From Nemertoderma westbladi (lineage: Eukaryota; Animalia; Xenacoelomorpha), in NCBI GenBank assembly GCA_032718475.1, contig JAUCBJ010008162.1, positions 1 to 64,000 on the forward strand: 64,000 bases of DNA, given 5' to 3'. Position 1 is the first letter of the stretch; each line of letters begins with the position of its first letter. This document shows positions 38,650 through 50,709 of this stretch, in pieces. The translations under genes and the position numbers were made by a program. Under the pieces are notes generated by a model. That model was not told the DNA's origin and ran no database searches. It saw nothing but the letters and a program-made list of their open reading frames with translations.

Positions 38650-39786
38650 AAAATACATAAATTTGACTAATAGGGGTTAGGAAACGCCAAAAGCATTCAA
38701 AGTTCAGGAATTTACCGAGTTCGTCGAGTTTGGCGAGTTGTGTTCCCAACAACAACGGGTGTGCTCTCAACGTGTGGCTACAGACATCTGCAAGCCATCC
38801 TGATAACGCTTGGTTCTCAAATATGAGGTACATCACTAACGATGGGCACAAAGGGACGCTCATAAAGCTATATATAGCGCCAGGGGTGGTGAGTGGTCAA
38901 TGAAAGTAATAAGGCGAATATGAGTCACCATAAACTTAGGAATATGTCTCGAAGATCGGTGTCTTTAAAGTTCCAACCATACTCTTGAAACGCAATATGG
39001 CCAGAGGACGTACAGTCAACTCTACTATACGTATCGTTGGTGTTGCGTCGATACATAACCCGGAAGAAGCCACGGGATTGTGCCCAAGGAAGGATGACTT
39101 GGGTGTCGACAAAGGTACCGGTATATGGTATGTCATGGACAATAGGAAAATCGTCAGTTAAATCCAGATATATGGCTGAACCGAGTTTATAAACTGATTT
39201 GTCCAGGAGAATGTCCAGTGCGGGTTGCGGCTATAATGCTGCATCTATTCCCATGGCCAGGTGTTGGTTCGTGTCATTGACATAAGCCTCTGCTTTGACA
39301 AACTGTTGATGTCTCGCACGGCGTTGATAGGCTGTCAAGGGTGGGAAAACGCTGTTGGTGCCGCGACAAGTACACATGAAAACGTACGTGGCTCCAGTGA
39401 GGCCGCGAATATGAATCAACTGAGTTGAACCAAACTCATGATCCGGCACTGAGCCTTCGTTATCATAGATCATAACGTCGTAACTGTGGATAGCATTAAC
39501 CATTCAGCATTAGCCACTTTGGTGGTCAGTTTTACTGGTTTCCATAACGTATCCAACAAACCGGATTCTCCATGCGTTATTCTTATAGATTCATAGCTAG
39601 GCATTTCACGTATATTCGCGTTTGGTTCGACATATCACAAATCATCTTCAAGGAAGTCTACATCCAAGTTCCAGTGAACGAGGCGATGGTAATCCATAAA
39701 TGTTTCTCATATTCCGGTTATATTCCTCCGAGTCGTTGTCGCTGTGTATCGAGATTATCTATTGAGTCGTCATTAGAAGTATCCAT
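38650..39786 (-). pseudogene. Decayed homolog of the DEDD-type exonuclease ORF (element D)
   Basis: My translation through the stop at 39231 gives VMIYDNEG...AL*PQPALDILLDKSVYKLGSAIYLDLTDDF...FVDTQVILPW...SGHIAFQEYGWNFK, then MYLIFENQALSGWLADV. This is colinear with CLIYDNEG...LLPTDIQKILFDFDVIKIGSDIKADVRNDY...CIDTQTLLAW...GIGYLAVLNGGIDFK...IYVVMECY in 60772-63372. Confidence 0.85.
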
Positions 39787-42700
39787 AATTGTTATCAGCA
39801 ATGTGTAAATATATATTAATAATTCAACAGAAGTAAACCAATGAGTCCATATAATTGTTATAATAACTTGAGTTTGTATAAGGCCGGCAATGCTGGGCCA
39901 CCCGTCCCTATCCCCACCCTGACACGGATCCAAGCTTCCCCTTGCCGCGTTTTATTGCTGCTGTGTCTATTCCCTATCCAACAGATGTGGAAGAACGGGT
40001 GGAAGACAATCAGCTAACACGCAGGAGAAGCTCAAGACCGGTCTCTCCAAGGGCTGTCCGTAAGGGGGTTATATAGACTGTTGCTGTGCAACTGAGATTA
40101 GTCTGCAATAGGGTTTCGGTTTGCTACAGTATACATACAGAGAATAGCTGTTATTTGTACTATCACGCAAACTAACACACCGAATGCCACAACACGCACA
40201 AATGTCCGTTACAAAACCTACTATTTCCCGAATATTAATATTTTAAATTTCCATGGATACTTATTAAATAAATTCAAATGCATCAACTCTAGGGAAAAAT
40301 GTACGATAAAACTCTAGAAATTTAATAAAAGGGTTGCACAAGTGACACACCAGCATCCCAATATTTTAATTAGCTATTAATTATAACAAGGATCAACATT
40401 CGGTAAATATAGCGGTGGAATAGGGTATTGCTCATTCACACAGATCTGGGCCAACTGTGATATTATTACATCTTTGTTGGTTGTATTATTTAAATTATTT
40501 ACTTGGCTGTGGCAAACACCACAACCAAGTAAATAATTTAAATAGTATCGGTGTTTATACTATTGTTGTATTAATGTCGCAATTAAAGGGTTGATGGTAT
40601 TAAGCTATTAATGAATAATATAAATATAAATTTACGCGATCTAGTGACATAAACTAAGTTTACTCATCCTTGGGAGAGAGCCACTAAGCAGACCACAACC
40701 GTTCCCGTAATGCTTATTATTACAGTGACTTGAACGGATTTATGTGAATGTGATATTGTATTAACAATATCAAGCTAGCTTGGTTCTTGAAGTTTCAAGC
40801 CAACTAATAATTGACATATCTTACTGTACTCTGGCGATTGACAAGAAGCGGGAGTAGTAATTAAGACTCTGCATTCAAGTATTATTAGGCCATCATAATA
40901 CAGCAAGACCAAGGTTTGTTATTGTCATGCGTCATGTTTAATAATGACTTATCATAACTAGTGTAGTTTATTATAATTTTATTTGTAACGCCCTTATCTA
41001 CTCGGGTTACACATGAAGTGGCGGGCCGTCTCCAGAATTTACCCAGAGTTTGGTTTAACCGAAATAAAGGATATGGATTCCGCATTCAATTGTATTATCA
41101 CCATCATCATACAAGTATTAAGGGTTTTGGTTGGTTGCGCGTCATGTTTAATAATGACTTATCGCAACATGTTGTCAAGAATTGAGCTCAGGTTTCATGC
41201 GTCGTGTGTATAACGGCTTATCATGAAACATCCCACTATTCATAATAATGTTCTAGAATGTTCTAGAACTGAGATCAAGTTTCATGCACTGTGTATAAAT
41301 CAGTTTATCATGAAACATCCCGCAGTCCTATTGTTTATGTCATTTTATTCGTAATTCTTCTAGAACTAAGCTCAAGTTTCATGCACTGTGTATAAAACGA
41401 TTTATTATGAAACATCCCATAGTCCTATTGTTATTTGGGACAGAAGCAATGTAAGAATTAATTACGTTAGCCTGTCAAGCTAAATGTATGGCATATTTTT
41501 AAAAACGTATGGGGTCAGTGGTTGACGATGCAACATAACCCGTTCCCACGCTTGAGTGTGATACACAGCACACTCAAACGTTCCAAGGGAGTTAACTAGA
41601 CCAATAAAAATTATGTCAAGTCTGTGGGCTTGACTTCTTGCTTGCCGTAGTTGCCAGATTCTTCGCGTGCCATTTCTAGCAGGCAGGGTTGGCCTATAGG
41701 ACAGTTGAGTTTTTGGGGGACAAAGCTTAGTTTGCCCTTTTCCCTCAGCACTATGGGATCTACTGATCTTACCAGGCCATCCACTATCATTCTACTATCA
41801 TTCTCCTTCCACATATACGTCGAACGAGGTCTCGAGCTCGCAATATAACTGGGCTGCTGAATCCTAGGGGGTCGAAATAAGCACTGAGTATGCCTAGGCG
41901 AATACGTTTGGTTCGGGTATCGCCCTTTCTCAACTTCACTTTAAATACCATAGTGTCACGTTCTGTAGGCCAACAAAGACTTAATGGCTTAGTCTCCGGT
42001 AGGCCGTCCTTATTTAAGTCTAGTTCGGTATCGCTACGCTCGGCGGGGGTATGGCCTTTAAAAACTCACGGGAATTGCTCATGAGTTTTGTTAGGCAAAA
42101 TCCTCCAAGTTTCAGGCAGTTTACTGTCCTTGACTTCTGTTACGATCGGGGCTGGTTTCGGGTTGTTGTCTATGTAAATATCCCATTTGAAATTGTTTAT
42201 GACCAGAGGTGGAAATTCATCCCTATGGTCATCAGCCACACGATGCAGTCGTAAGTCGGATGGTGTATCTAATAGGATAGTCATTGGAGACACAATGTCG
42301 GGTTCACTGTACCTAGTAAGGAAACAGTCTTGGTCTGAGGACAGGGGTGCGTCACTATCACTGTCAGTTTGGTCAGGGGTAGTCAAGACATCCTCTTCTG
42401 TCTCTATGGTCTCATTGCAACGGTGGGTCACTAAGTTGCAAGTGTTGGTGTCTGTATTTGTCAGTCCTTTTTGCTCAAACAGTGTCTTCCGAGAAGGCCC
42501 GGTACAGAACCATCCCACTCTGGTCTGACAGGCATAGGCTGACATTGGCTCTCCAGAATCTCTAAGGCCTCTGGTACATTTTGGCCTATCAACATCTGTA
42601 CACCTGGGTAGTCTGGGGTGAAATGGGGAATATTGTACTTTCTTAGGAGAGCGTCATCATCCCAGTTATAAGCGTTTGCCTGACTTTTGGCAAAATCCCG

Positions 42701-43997
42701 GATGATAACCATCTTTATGTTAGACACCATATCCCAGCCACTGAGATCTTGCAGAGTGGACAGGGATGCCTTATAGTACTTTGATTCAATCGTGGATTGC
42801 CAACGTTTCATTATCCCAGATAATGTTAGCTTCATGTCATCCCCGTTCCCTAGCGAACAAGGATTCGGCTAACTCTGCGTCTATGAAGGTGCCCGTACTT
42901 CTGGTGTCCATTAAGGCATTTACCACAATGCTACTACTTCCCGCGTTGAGCTGGACTTGGAGCACAGGAAACTCTCTGACTCCTGCATCCTGAAATGACC
43001 GGGTGTTGGGATTGCTCTCATTTTTGAGACAATCTTCCAATGCGGGTTCCTCAGAGGTAAAGGCCTCATATACACTAACATGGTTACAGCATTCGTCGTC
43101 ATTTGTAAACTCTCCAGGGTAGAATTCATTCACTTCTTCATCGGATGAATCTGTCTCAAAATCAGTGAAGTGTACACGTGGGTCCACCTCTCCCTTCTGG
43201 ACCTGGTCTAGCTGTAGCAAGGGGTGATGAGAGCCTTGACATACCAGACACGATTTCGTGCCTATTAGGTGGCAGTCACGTCTCACATGTCCCAGTCTAA
43301 GACACAAGAAGCATGTCGACAAATCTTTAGCTGTCCATCGTCTCTCTTTAAGTGTCTTTTTTTATGAAGGTGTTATATTTCACGAGGGGGTGTGTGTCTA
43401 TTTTACAAAGAGGGCACTTGGCGTTTGTATTGTCGGTGGTAATTATAGGATGTTGTGTTCATCTTAGGTGCTATTAGCCTTGGGAGGAGGTATCATCCTA
43501 TTCGGCTTGCCCTGACCACCATGCTTCCTCTCACCTCTGGAGTTCACATCATCAGAATATATGTTTTTGCATCCCTCCGTGTCTGAACCAGAGTGATCAG
43601 AGGGACACTCTTCATAGTTGGTGACATAAGCGTATCATTTCTTGGTCGCTGTCTTATCAGTGGTTTTAGTGTCTGAACGGGTGCTTCTTTCCTGGTTTAC
43701 CATAATAAGATATATGGACGCTTCTGCCTTTAAGAAACCTCTAAACGAGTCCATATCGGGGAAGCATCTGTGTTTAAGTTTGTAATTATAAGTGTATCGG
43801 TCCCATCTGGTTCCAATGGAGCCCTTTGGGAGTGCACTGGAAACGAATTGTACTGTCATGGATGTATCATACACTTGTTTTTGTCCTAGCCAATCAAGTT
43901 GGTGGCAAATTTCCTCTTCCTCATCTCTAAACTCTACTATCTCACTTTGAGCAAATCTATTTTTAGAGATTAATCGATCCTACATATTGCGTGCTAG

Positions 43998-44106
43998 ATG
44001 TCATGGGTGATGGGGAGTTGTGGTGGTGCAATTTTGTCGATAAGCCGGTACAGCATTCTTAAAAATGCAGCTGCAATGCAGCATGCCGATCCTAGTAGTA
44101 GTAGTA
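43998..44106 (+). mobile_element. Short RTE family 2 3' fragment inserted in the gag of element D
   Basis: (TAG)n tail; TSD GTGCTAG at 43991-43997 and 44107-44113. Confidence 0.85.
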
Positions 44107-44258
44107 GTGCTAGGCTTTCTTCATCGCCATACCGCTCCTTTAGAGTATCCCAAACAGTATTTATGCCGTCCACATGGCCCACATATTTCGTGGCCATCTG
44201 TTTAGGGGGTTCTTCCAGACAACTAATCAAATATCTAAGCTTCTCACGAAATTCTCTC

Positions 44259-47200
44259 AAAAAAAAGAATATCAAAAGAATATCAACATATACTCCTTTC
44301 TTAAACATGTTTGATTTTTCCAATTTAAGTTTTCCAGTGGACAGAGTAACTGGTATTCCCCAGTTTCTGAAAGCAAACCCTTTATACTGTATAAACATTT
44401 TATATTGGAGTAATACAGAAGAACTGTCCATTCTAAGTCAACCAGATAGCGCACACTGTTCCGGTAAAACTGTACTAAATTTATTATTCATAGAAGCCAC
44501 AACCAAAAACCCCACCCACTACGTAGCTATTACTAACATAGATAGATTAATAAATACAAAAGATTCTCCTGGCAACAAGAAGCACTGTGAACGCTGTCTC
44601 CGAGCCTTTAACACTTACAAATCCTTGGAAGAGCATCGAGAACGCTGCTATACGGGTAAACGGCAACTCGAGTATATGCCCGAAAATCTCCTGGTTAAAT
44701 TTGATCGTTACGATAAGACTCTATCCCCACCTTTCTGTATATACGCCGACATTGAAACTATTCTAGAACCTACAGACAATATTAAACTCCCACAGAAACA
44801 GAAACATATAGCTAGCGCGGCAGCCTTTTATGCAGTACCAAATCAGAAATTAATTAACCCCCCTAAAACAGATGTTCAAATTTTCAGTGATGTAATGCGC
44901 GACTTTCCAACCACTCTGGAAAGTCGGGGTAGGGAGTTATACGATTGATCCATTTCTAGTACAAACACACTATGCAACTCACTAGTACCCAACAAAATGA
45001 CTTTAATAACACTACGCAATACTACGTCTGCAACTGTAATTTAACCCCTGATTCACATAAGTTAAACCTCAATGAAAATCTCACCACCAAAGTCCGCGAT
45101 CATGACCATTATAGTGGGGAGTATCGAGGGGCTTCTTGCGTTAGCTGCCACAGGAAACTATCACTATGACGAAATAATTTTTATATTTTTTTTAGCAAGT
45201 CGTTAGACTTGATTACTGTAAGAAAAAAGGCTACTTGCTACTGGCTACTGGCTACTGACTACTGAACTAGAGCAAAAACAGCTCTAACGATTTTGATGAA
45301 ATTTTGCATGGACCATGAAAATAGATTTCTATGGGTACTTGTGAAATCGCGGTTTAAATTGAAACATCTCAACTTGTTATAATAATAATATAATTGTTGC
45401 ATTTAATTAATATCGTGGCTTACATTGAACAGTGTAAATTGTTAATCGCGGTTTACATTGAAACTTCTATTACAAAAATAAGAACGAATTTGTCTTATCA
45501 CTTCTTGTGAGCGATTGTATTGAATTCATGACAACTGCTGTTATTATTATATTAATCAATTGGCACCTCGACTCCTCTCTGACTACTCTATCCCATAGAA
45601 CAAAATAATCATTTCGCTAACTGCTCTCTCTATCTTCAGTAATCACAACAGCTTTTATAATTCATTAGATGATTACAACATAATAATTATAGTTTGAAGT
45701 TGTCTATAAAATTTTTCGTACACCACCGGGACTACGCTCATGCTAATTTATTATCAGACTGAACAAAAAGCTTTTACTTGACTCGTACTGTCTCCTACGA
45801 CTTGCTTCACGGGGCGCTAGGCCCGTCTCTAGTTTATAACTTGAGAAAATTCTATATACATTTACTGTTAAAAGAAGGAATGACCAATAGTTCTAGAACA
45901 CACTGGAAAATGACTGTAATCCCGAAAAACAGTGAAACCTATATTCACCTTAAAGTTAGCTTTCCAATTGATCCAAGTACACCAACAGCCAACGCTAAAG
46001 AAAGTATCTCCATTAATTTTCTATATTCTTATCAATTTATGACTGCCAGCCTATATAATCTCAGTAGTTATCTCACTAAAAATAATAGTAACCTAGCAAC
46101 AGCCATACCCCATACACTAGCTCAAATGACCCAACTCTATCCGAACATTAGGGATAACACAATAAAAAATAAAGGCGTATTCCCATATTCTTACATTCAA
46201 AATATTTCAAACCTACACGAAACTACACTACCCTCAATAGAAAGCTTCTATAAGGATCTCAAATTGGAGCAATGCAGCACAAACAACTATCAGCGCATGC
46301 TTACTATTTGGGATGAATTAAGCTGCACAACAATCTTCGACTATATGATTGGCTATTTCATTCTAGATATTACCCTATTAGCTGGCTGATACTTTCGAGC
46401 AGTTCCGTTCCCTTTGTCTAACTAATTATGGACTCGAGCCCGTAATGTACTTCACCGAACCGGCGAGGTGCGACGTTAATTTACAACGCGGCGCTGAAAT
46501 TCACGGAATCAGAAATTCATTTATTATCAGATGCTTCCATCTACTCGGACTTTGAAACAAATATTAGGGCTGGTCTAGTGTTCTTCAATACACATTCCGT
46601 AGACGCAAATATTCCCGATAGACCCGACTACGATTCAGTCACCCTGAGAAATATCTAATACCTATCGATGCGAACAAACTTTACGGCTGTGCGCTGAGCC
46701 AGAAACTTCCCTACGCTAATATTAAACTCGTAACTAACTACCCCCATAGACCTAGCTACAGTAGATGCGAGTGGGGACACTGGTTATTATTGCATAGTTG
46801 ATCTACATTACCTGGAAGAAATTCATGAATGGACCACCGATCTGCCTCTAAGAGTGGAGAAGATGTCAGTCCCTAAATCCTTTCTTAGCAAATACATGGA
46901 ATATCTTTGGGAGCGCTACAATCTCACCGATACGGCTACCTGTAAACCATACAACGACACATGTACTAAGGTACTACTACATCAGTTTAATAAGGTTGAA
47001 TACGGTATCCATATTAAGCTACTTCAGCTCTATTTGAACCTCGGTCTTAATCTTACACAATTATATAGGGTCTACTCTTTCTCACAAAAATATATTTTCA
47101 AGGACTACATTAGTTTTAACACAAATAAAAGGCAAATGGCAAATAACCCATTCGAGGTTCTATTTTATAAGTTAATGAACAATTATGTGGGACAATTATA

Positions 47201-48026
47201 TGGGAAATGCCTTCAGAAGGTTAGAGATCGCGTTTCTTTCAGGTTATGCAATAGTGACGATCAATGTGATTTGCTCCTAGCTAAGCCCAATCATGAATCT
47301 TTTGTTGTCTTTACCCCCAACTTGAGCGGGCAAACATTCACTAAAGAGGCTGTTTGCCTAAATCAGGGCGTGTTCATCGGTTGCACTATACTAGATCTAT
47401 CTAAGCTACAGATGTACGACCTATTTTACAACAAATTGAAGCCTCTAGAACAAAAACTGGGTTGCCAGATTCGCTGTCTAGCTGGTGACACCGATTCTCT
47501 AAAGCTAAGCGTCACTAATACACCACAGCTAACCTTTCTACAGGCAATTTTTGAGGGTGGTTTCTTAGATACTTCCAACTATAGTACAACACATCCACTC
47601 TATACAATTAAAAATGAAGCGGCTCTCAGGTTCGTAAAAGATGAGAGCTGCGGTTTGTAGTATAAACAGTGGGTTTTCCTTAAACCAAAGGTTTACAGTT
47701 TTCAATCCTACGATGCCCCAATCAAGAAAACCGCCAAAGATGTATCTAGATCGGTTGTTGCTAAGCAACTATCATACGAGGATTATGAAGACTGTTTTGA
47801 AAACGAGGCAATGCTCTTCCGCTATATCTCTACCTTCACTTCTAGAAAGCATCAAATTTTTACTGGTCATGTCTATAAGAAAGCCCTAACACTGTGGGAC
47901 ATGAAATCATACTGGGGTAGTAAATATAGCAGCAAACCATACGGGCACTATAGCACTAAGCTCGTTAGACCGGCGAAACGAGTAGTATTCCCCCTATCAG
48001 AATTTAATTTAATTTTTCTAGAATAA
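44259..48026 (+). pseudogene. polB: Polinton/Maverick (adintovirus-like) protein-primed DNA polymerase B, degenerate
   Basis: FDFSNLSFPV, HYVAITNIDRL, HCERCL, PFCIYADIET (ExoI), VRDHDHYSGEYRGASC, FFYNLRKF.IH (ExoII), KGVFPYSY, DANKLYGCALSQKLP, FYKLMNN...LYGK, GDTDSL. Stops, frameshifts and one insertion. Confidence 0.9.
45193..45832 (+). mobile_element. Non-autonomous Helentron-type element inserted in polB
   Basis: Subterminal IR AGCAAGTCGT (45194) / ACGACTTGCT (45797), hairpin ACGGG...CCCGT, terminal CTAG, T-run target. Removing it rejoins FYIFF and YNLRKF. Confidence 0.75.
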
Positions 48027-48030
48027 AAAT

Positions 48031-48279
48031 TTGAGCAACAAAATAGAATTAACCAATAAACAGTTTACCAGAAAAAACATTGACAAATTTGAACTAGAGA
48101 AAATTTCACAGCAAATTACAGGTCGGAGTTGCTTAAAACCAAACATGTTTATCTACAAAGGTAACGATTCAATTATAATGTTATTTCCCAGCGGCGCAGT
48201 AACAATTGTAGGCCTGTGCAATAATTTAGCTTGTGAATTGCTTTATTTAACCCGCCGAGGACAGTTTGGGTCAAATTGA
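48031..48279 (+). pseudogene. TBP-like fragment directly downstream of polB
   Basis: IELTN...FELEKIS...PNMFIYK...IIMLFPSGAVTIVG resembles one TBP repeat (I.N...L.LE.IA...GLIYR...LLIF.SGK.V.TG). Cut at about 48248 by a TTAA-CCC transposon-like end. Confidence 0.45.
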
Positions 48280-49340
48280 CCCAAAATGAAGTTTACATGT
48301 ACTGTACACATTCAATATAATTATTGGGTTCACAATATCTCATGAATTCTCCTACTTTTTTATACTCTATCCAAATGTAACCGGGTCACAACATTTACTT
48401 TAACACTTTTTTTTAAATTTGACTTTTATTATTTAGGCAACGCCAAGGGCCGTTTGAACAAAATGACCCATTATAGTTTTACTCATAAATAACAGTTTTG
48501 CAAAGTCGAATTCTGTAAACACATCAATTTTCCAAGTCAGGGCGATGTTAAACAACATTGAAAAGTCAATTCGTCTGTTTGTAGAGTATGTCTGTTTGTA
48601 TGTCGGTGCGTGTGTGTGTGTGTGTAATATGGAAACCTAGTATCGTCCATGAACCATATTTCCTGTATGGAACGTCTTCTAATTAGGCCTAGTCAGTGGT
48701 AATGTAGCGTTAGGTTCAAACCGGTATACTTTAGTTCCTGTAACACATTACATTAAATTATTCCTAACTCTCGTTTATTGTTTTGGTTCCTTTCAACTCT
48801 CCTCTATAACCTGCTCCTTTACTAACCTGCCTGGTTATGGAGGCAGACTGACCAAATGGCTCGGCCCTATCGCTAACAGGCTGCCAGGACCTAATGCCAT
48901 GGACTTAATGCTCCGGACCTAAGCTACCAGGTTGCCAGAACTGGTGTCTAGCTATATTGCCATAAATATATAATCTAGCTGTCTAGGCCTACACCTACCG
49001 GCAACCAGTAGTCTTTCTGTCATTAGCCTATAGGCCTATAAATTAATAAATTGCGCTAATATATAACAGTTGTGTGCAAAATGGAAACATTTTTGAGAAT
49101 CTCTTTTGTGGGTAATGTACAAAACAGCCTGGTAGCATTAGGTCCAAATCGGAAGTTGAGTTTGAACACAACCCAGCCACCATGCCAGTAATTTATGAGA
49201 ATATGCACTCGAAGAGACAGCATCGAAACGCAGTAGTAGCAGACAATCAGACAGAGCCCAGGCACTATATTATTATAATATCAGTACAGTGTTATGTACC
49301 TATATAGTGTCAACCGGCATATATAACAGCCACATACAGA

Positions 49341-50709
49341 CTACTACTACTACTAGGATCGGCATGCTGCATTGCAGCTGCATTTTTAAGAATGCTGTGC
49401 CGGCTTATTGACAAAATTGCACCGCCACAACTCCCTATCACCCATGACATTTGCTAGATCATCCGCATCGTCAAGGCCAGTGTCCTTTAAGATGCGTCTC
49501 AAGAAAGTCATGGGCTGTCCACCATGCTTATTCACTCCATGAGGCTGCCAAAGTACAAGATTATGCACTGGCGAAAGCAATGTCCTGCAAAGCGGAGGCG
49601 ATTTTGTTCTCGTGTTAAGCTTGGGGGAACCAATGAGACACCTCCAATATTATATAGTGTCTGGTTGGAGATGTGTGCATTATACTTGACACAATGAACC
49701 CGGCGTAGCTTTCTTGTGAATGTGCCATCCAGAGATTTGGTGTCCTCAGCAGTTAGAGCCCAGCATGGACTCCCAAAGAGGAGTACTGGAACTACTGCTG
49801 CTCTAAATAATCGGACCTTAAGTTTCCGATTAATTCTCGGTGACTTCCAAATCCTGGAAAGCCTATTCAAGGCTGCCCATGCCTTTCCCTTACGTATTCA
49901 AAGGTCCTCACCTGACTTCCGGATCCATGATCCCAGGTAACAGAAGTCATCCACATGCTCAAGTATACCATCTTTTGAGCTTATGCTCATCCGATCAAAG
50001 ACTTGCTGAGGACTTTCAAAGTTAACTGTCAAAATTTTGGTCTTTCTGGAGGTAATAAAAAGACCAACACTAGAAGCAGCATGTTCTAATGAGCTGAGGA
50101 GTCGTTGGGCTCCCTCTAGTGATTCTGAGAGTACTCCTAAGTCATCAGCAAAATCTAGATCAGTTAGGTACTTGGCAGAATTTCCTCGACTTCTGGAGCC
50201 AGTAGGTGAAGTTATCATCACCCCATCATCATTATGATGATCTAAGGACATGCGTAGAACATAGTCAACAACAATTATGAACAAGAATGGTGCAAGTGTG
50301 TCTCCCTGGAGGACGCCCCATAACACTTCAAATGGTTCTGTGTCACCGTCGACAGTAGACACAAATTTTGTAGAACCATCGTATACTGATCTGATTGCTG
50401 CAATAATTTCATCAGGAATCCCATATAATGAAAGTATGCTGAACATACGTGAGCGAGAGACTGAATCAAAGGCCTTGAAGAAGTCAACAAAGATAACAGC
50501 CAGATGCCTGTTAGGATGCCTTTCTTGGGAACTTGCACCAATTTATTTGTTTTCATTTCTTGTAGGACTCTTGTTGTTCGGTACATGTCTACTATGATGG
50601 GATAGATGAGCTTTAAACACTCAGGTATTTTAAAGACCTCAGGGGGAACACCATCTACTCCACTGGCACGATTGGTCTTAATGCTCTTTGCAGCAGCCTT
50701 CACTTCTGC
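49341..50709 (-). mobile_element. Degenerate RTE family 2 LINE, interrupted at 50709 by element E
   Basis: ASGVDGVPPEV, VDFFKAFDS, LQGD, FADD and LRFAGHC motifs; (TAG)n tail at 49341. Confidence 0.9.

Larger units (their letters stand above)
38650..44258 (-). mobile_element. Internally deleted, degenerate Bel-Pao element (element D)
   Basis: gag core (EKLRYLISCL...WDTLKERYG), CFLCLRLGHVRRDC...CLVCQGSHHPLL, protease (ALMDTRSTGTFI), integrase tail (DGLVRSV...CPIGQPCLLE...SGNYGKQ, homologous to element C), spacer, then the exonuclease remnant. RT and RNase H are missing. Confidence 0.85.

Noticed and set aside
43998-44948. 316-aa ORF as a real gene
   Set aside because: Chimera of an RTE tail, antisense Bel-Pao gag and the Polinton polB N-terminal region.
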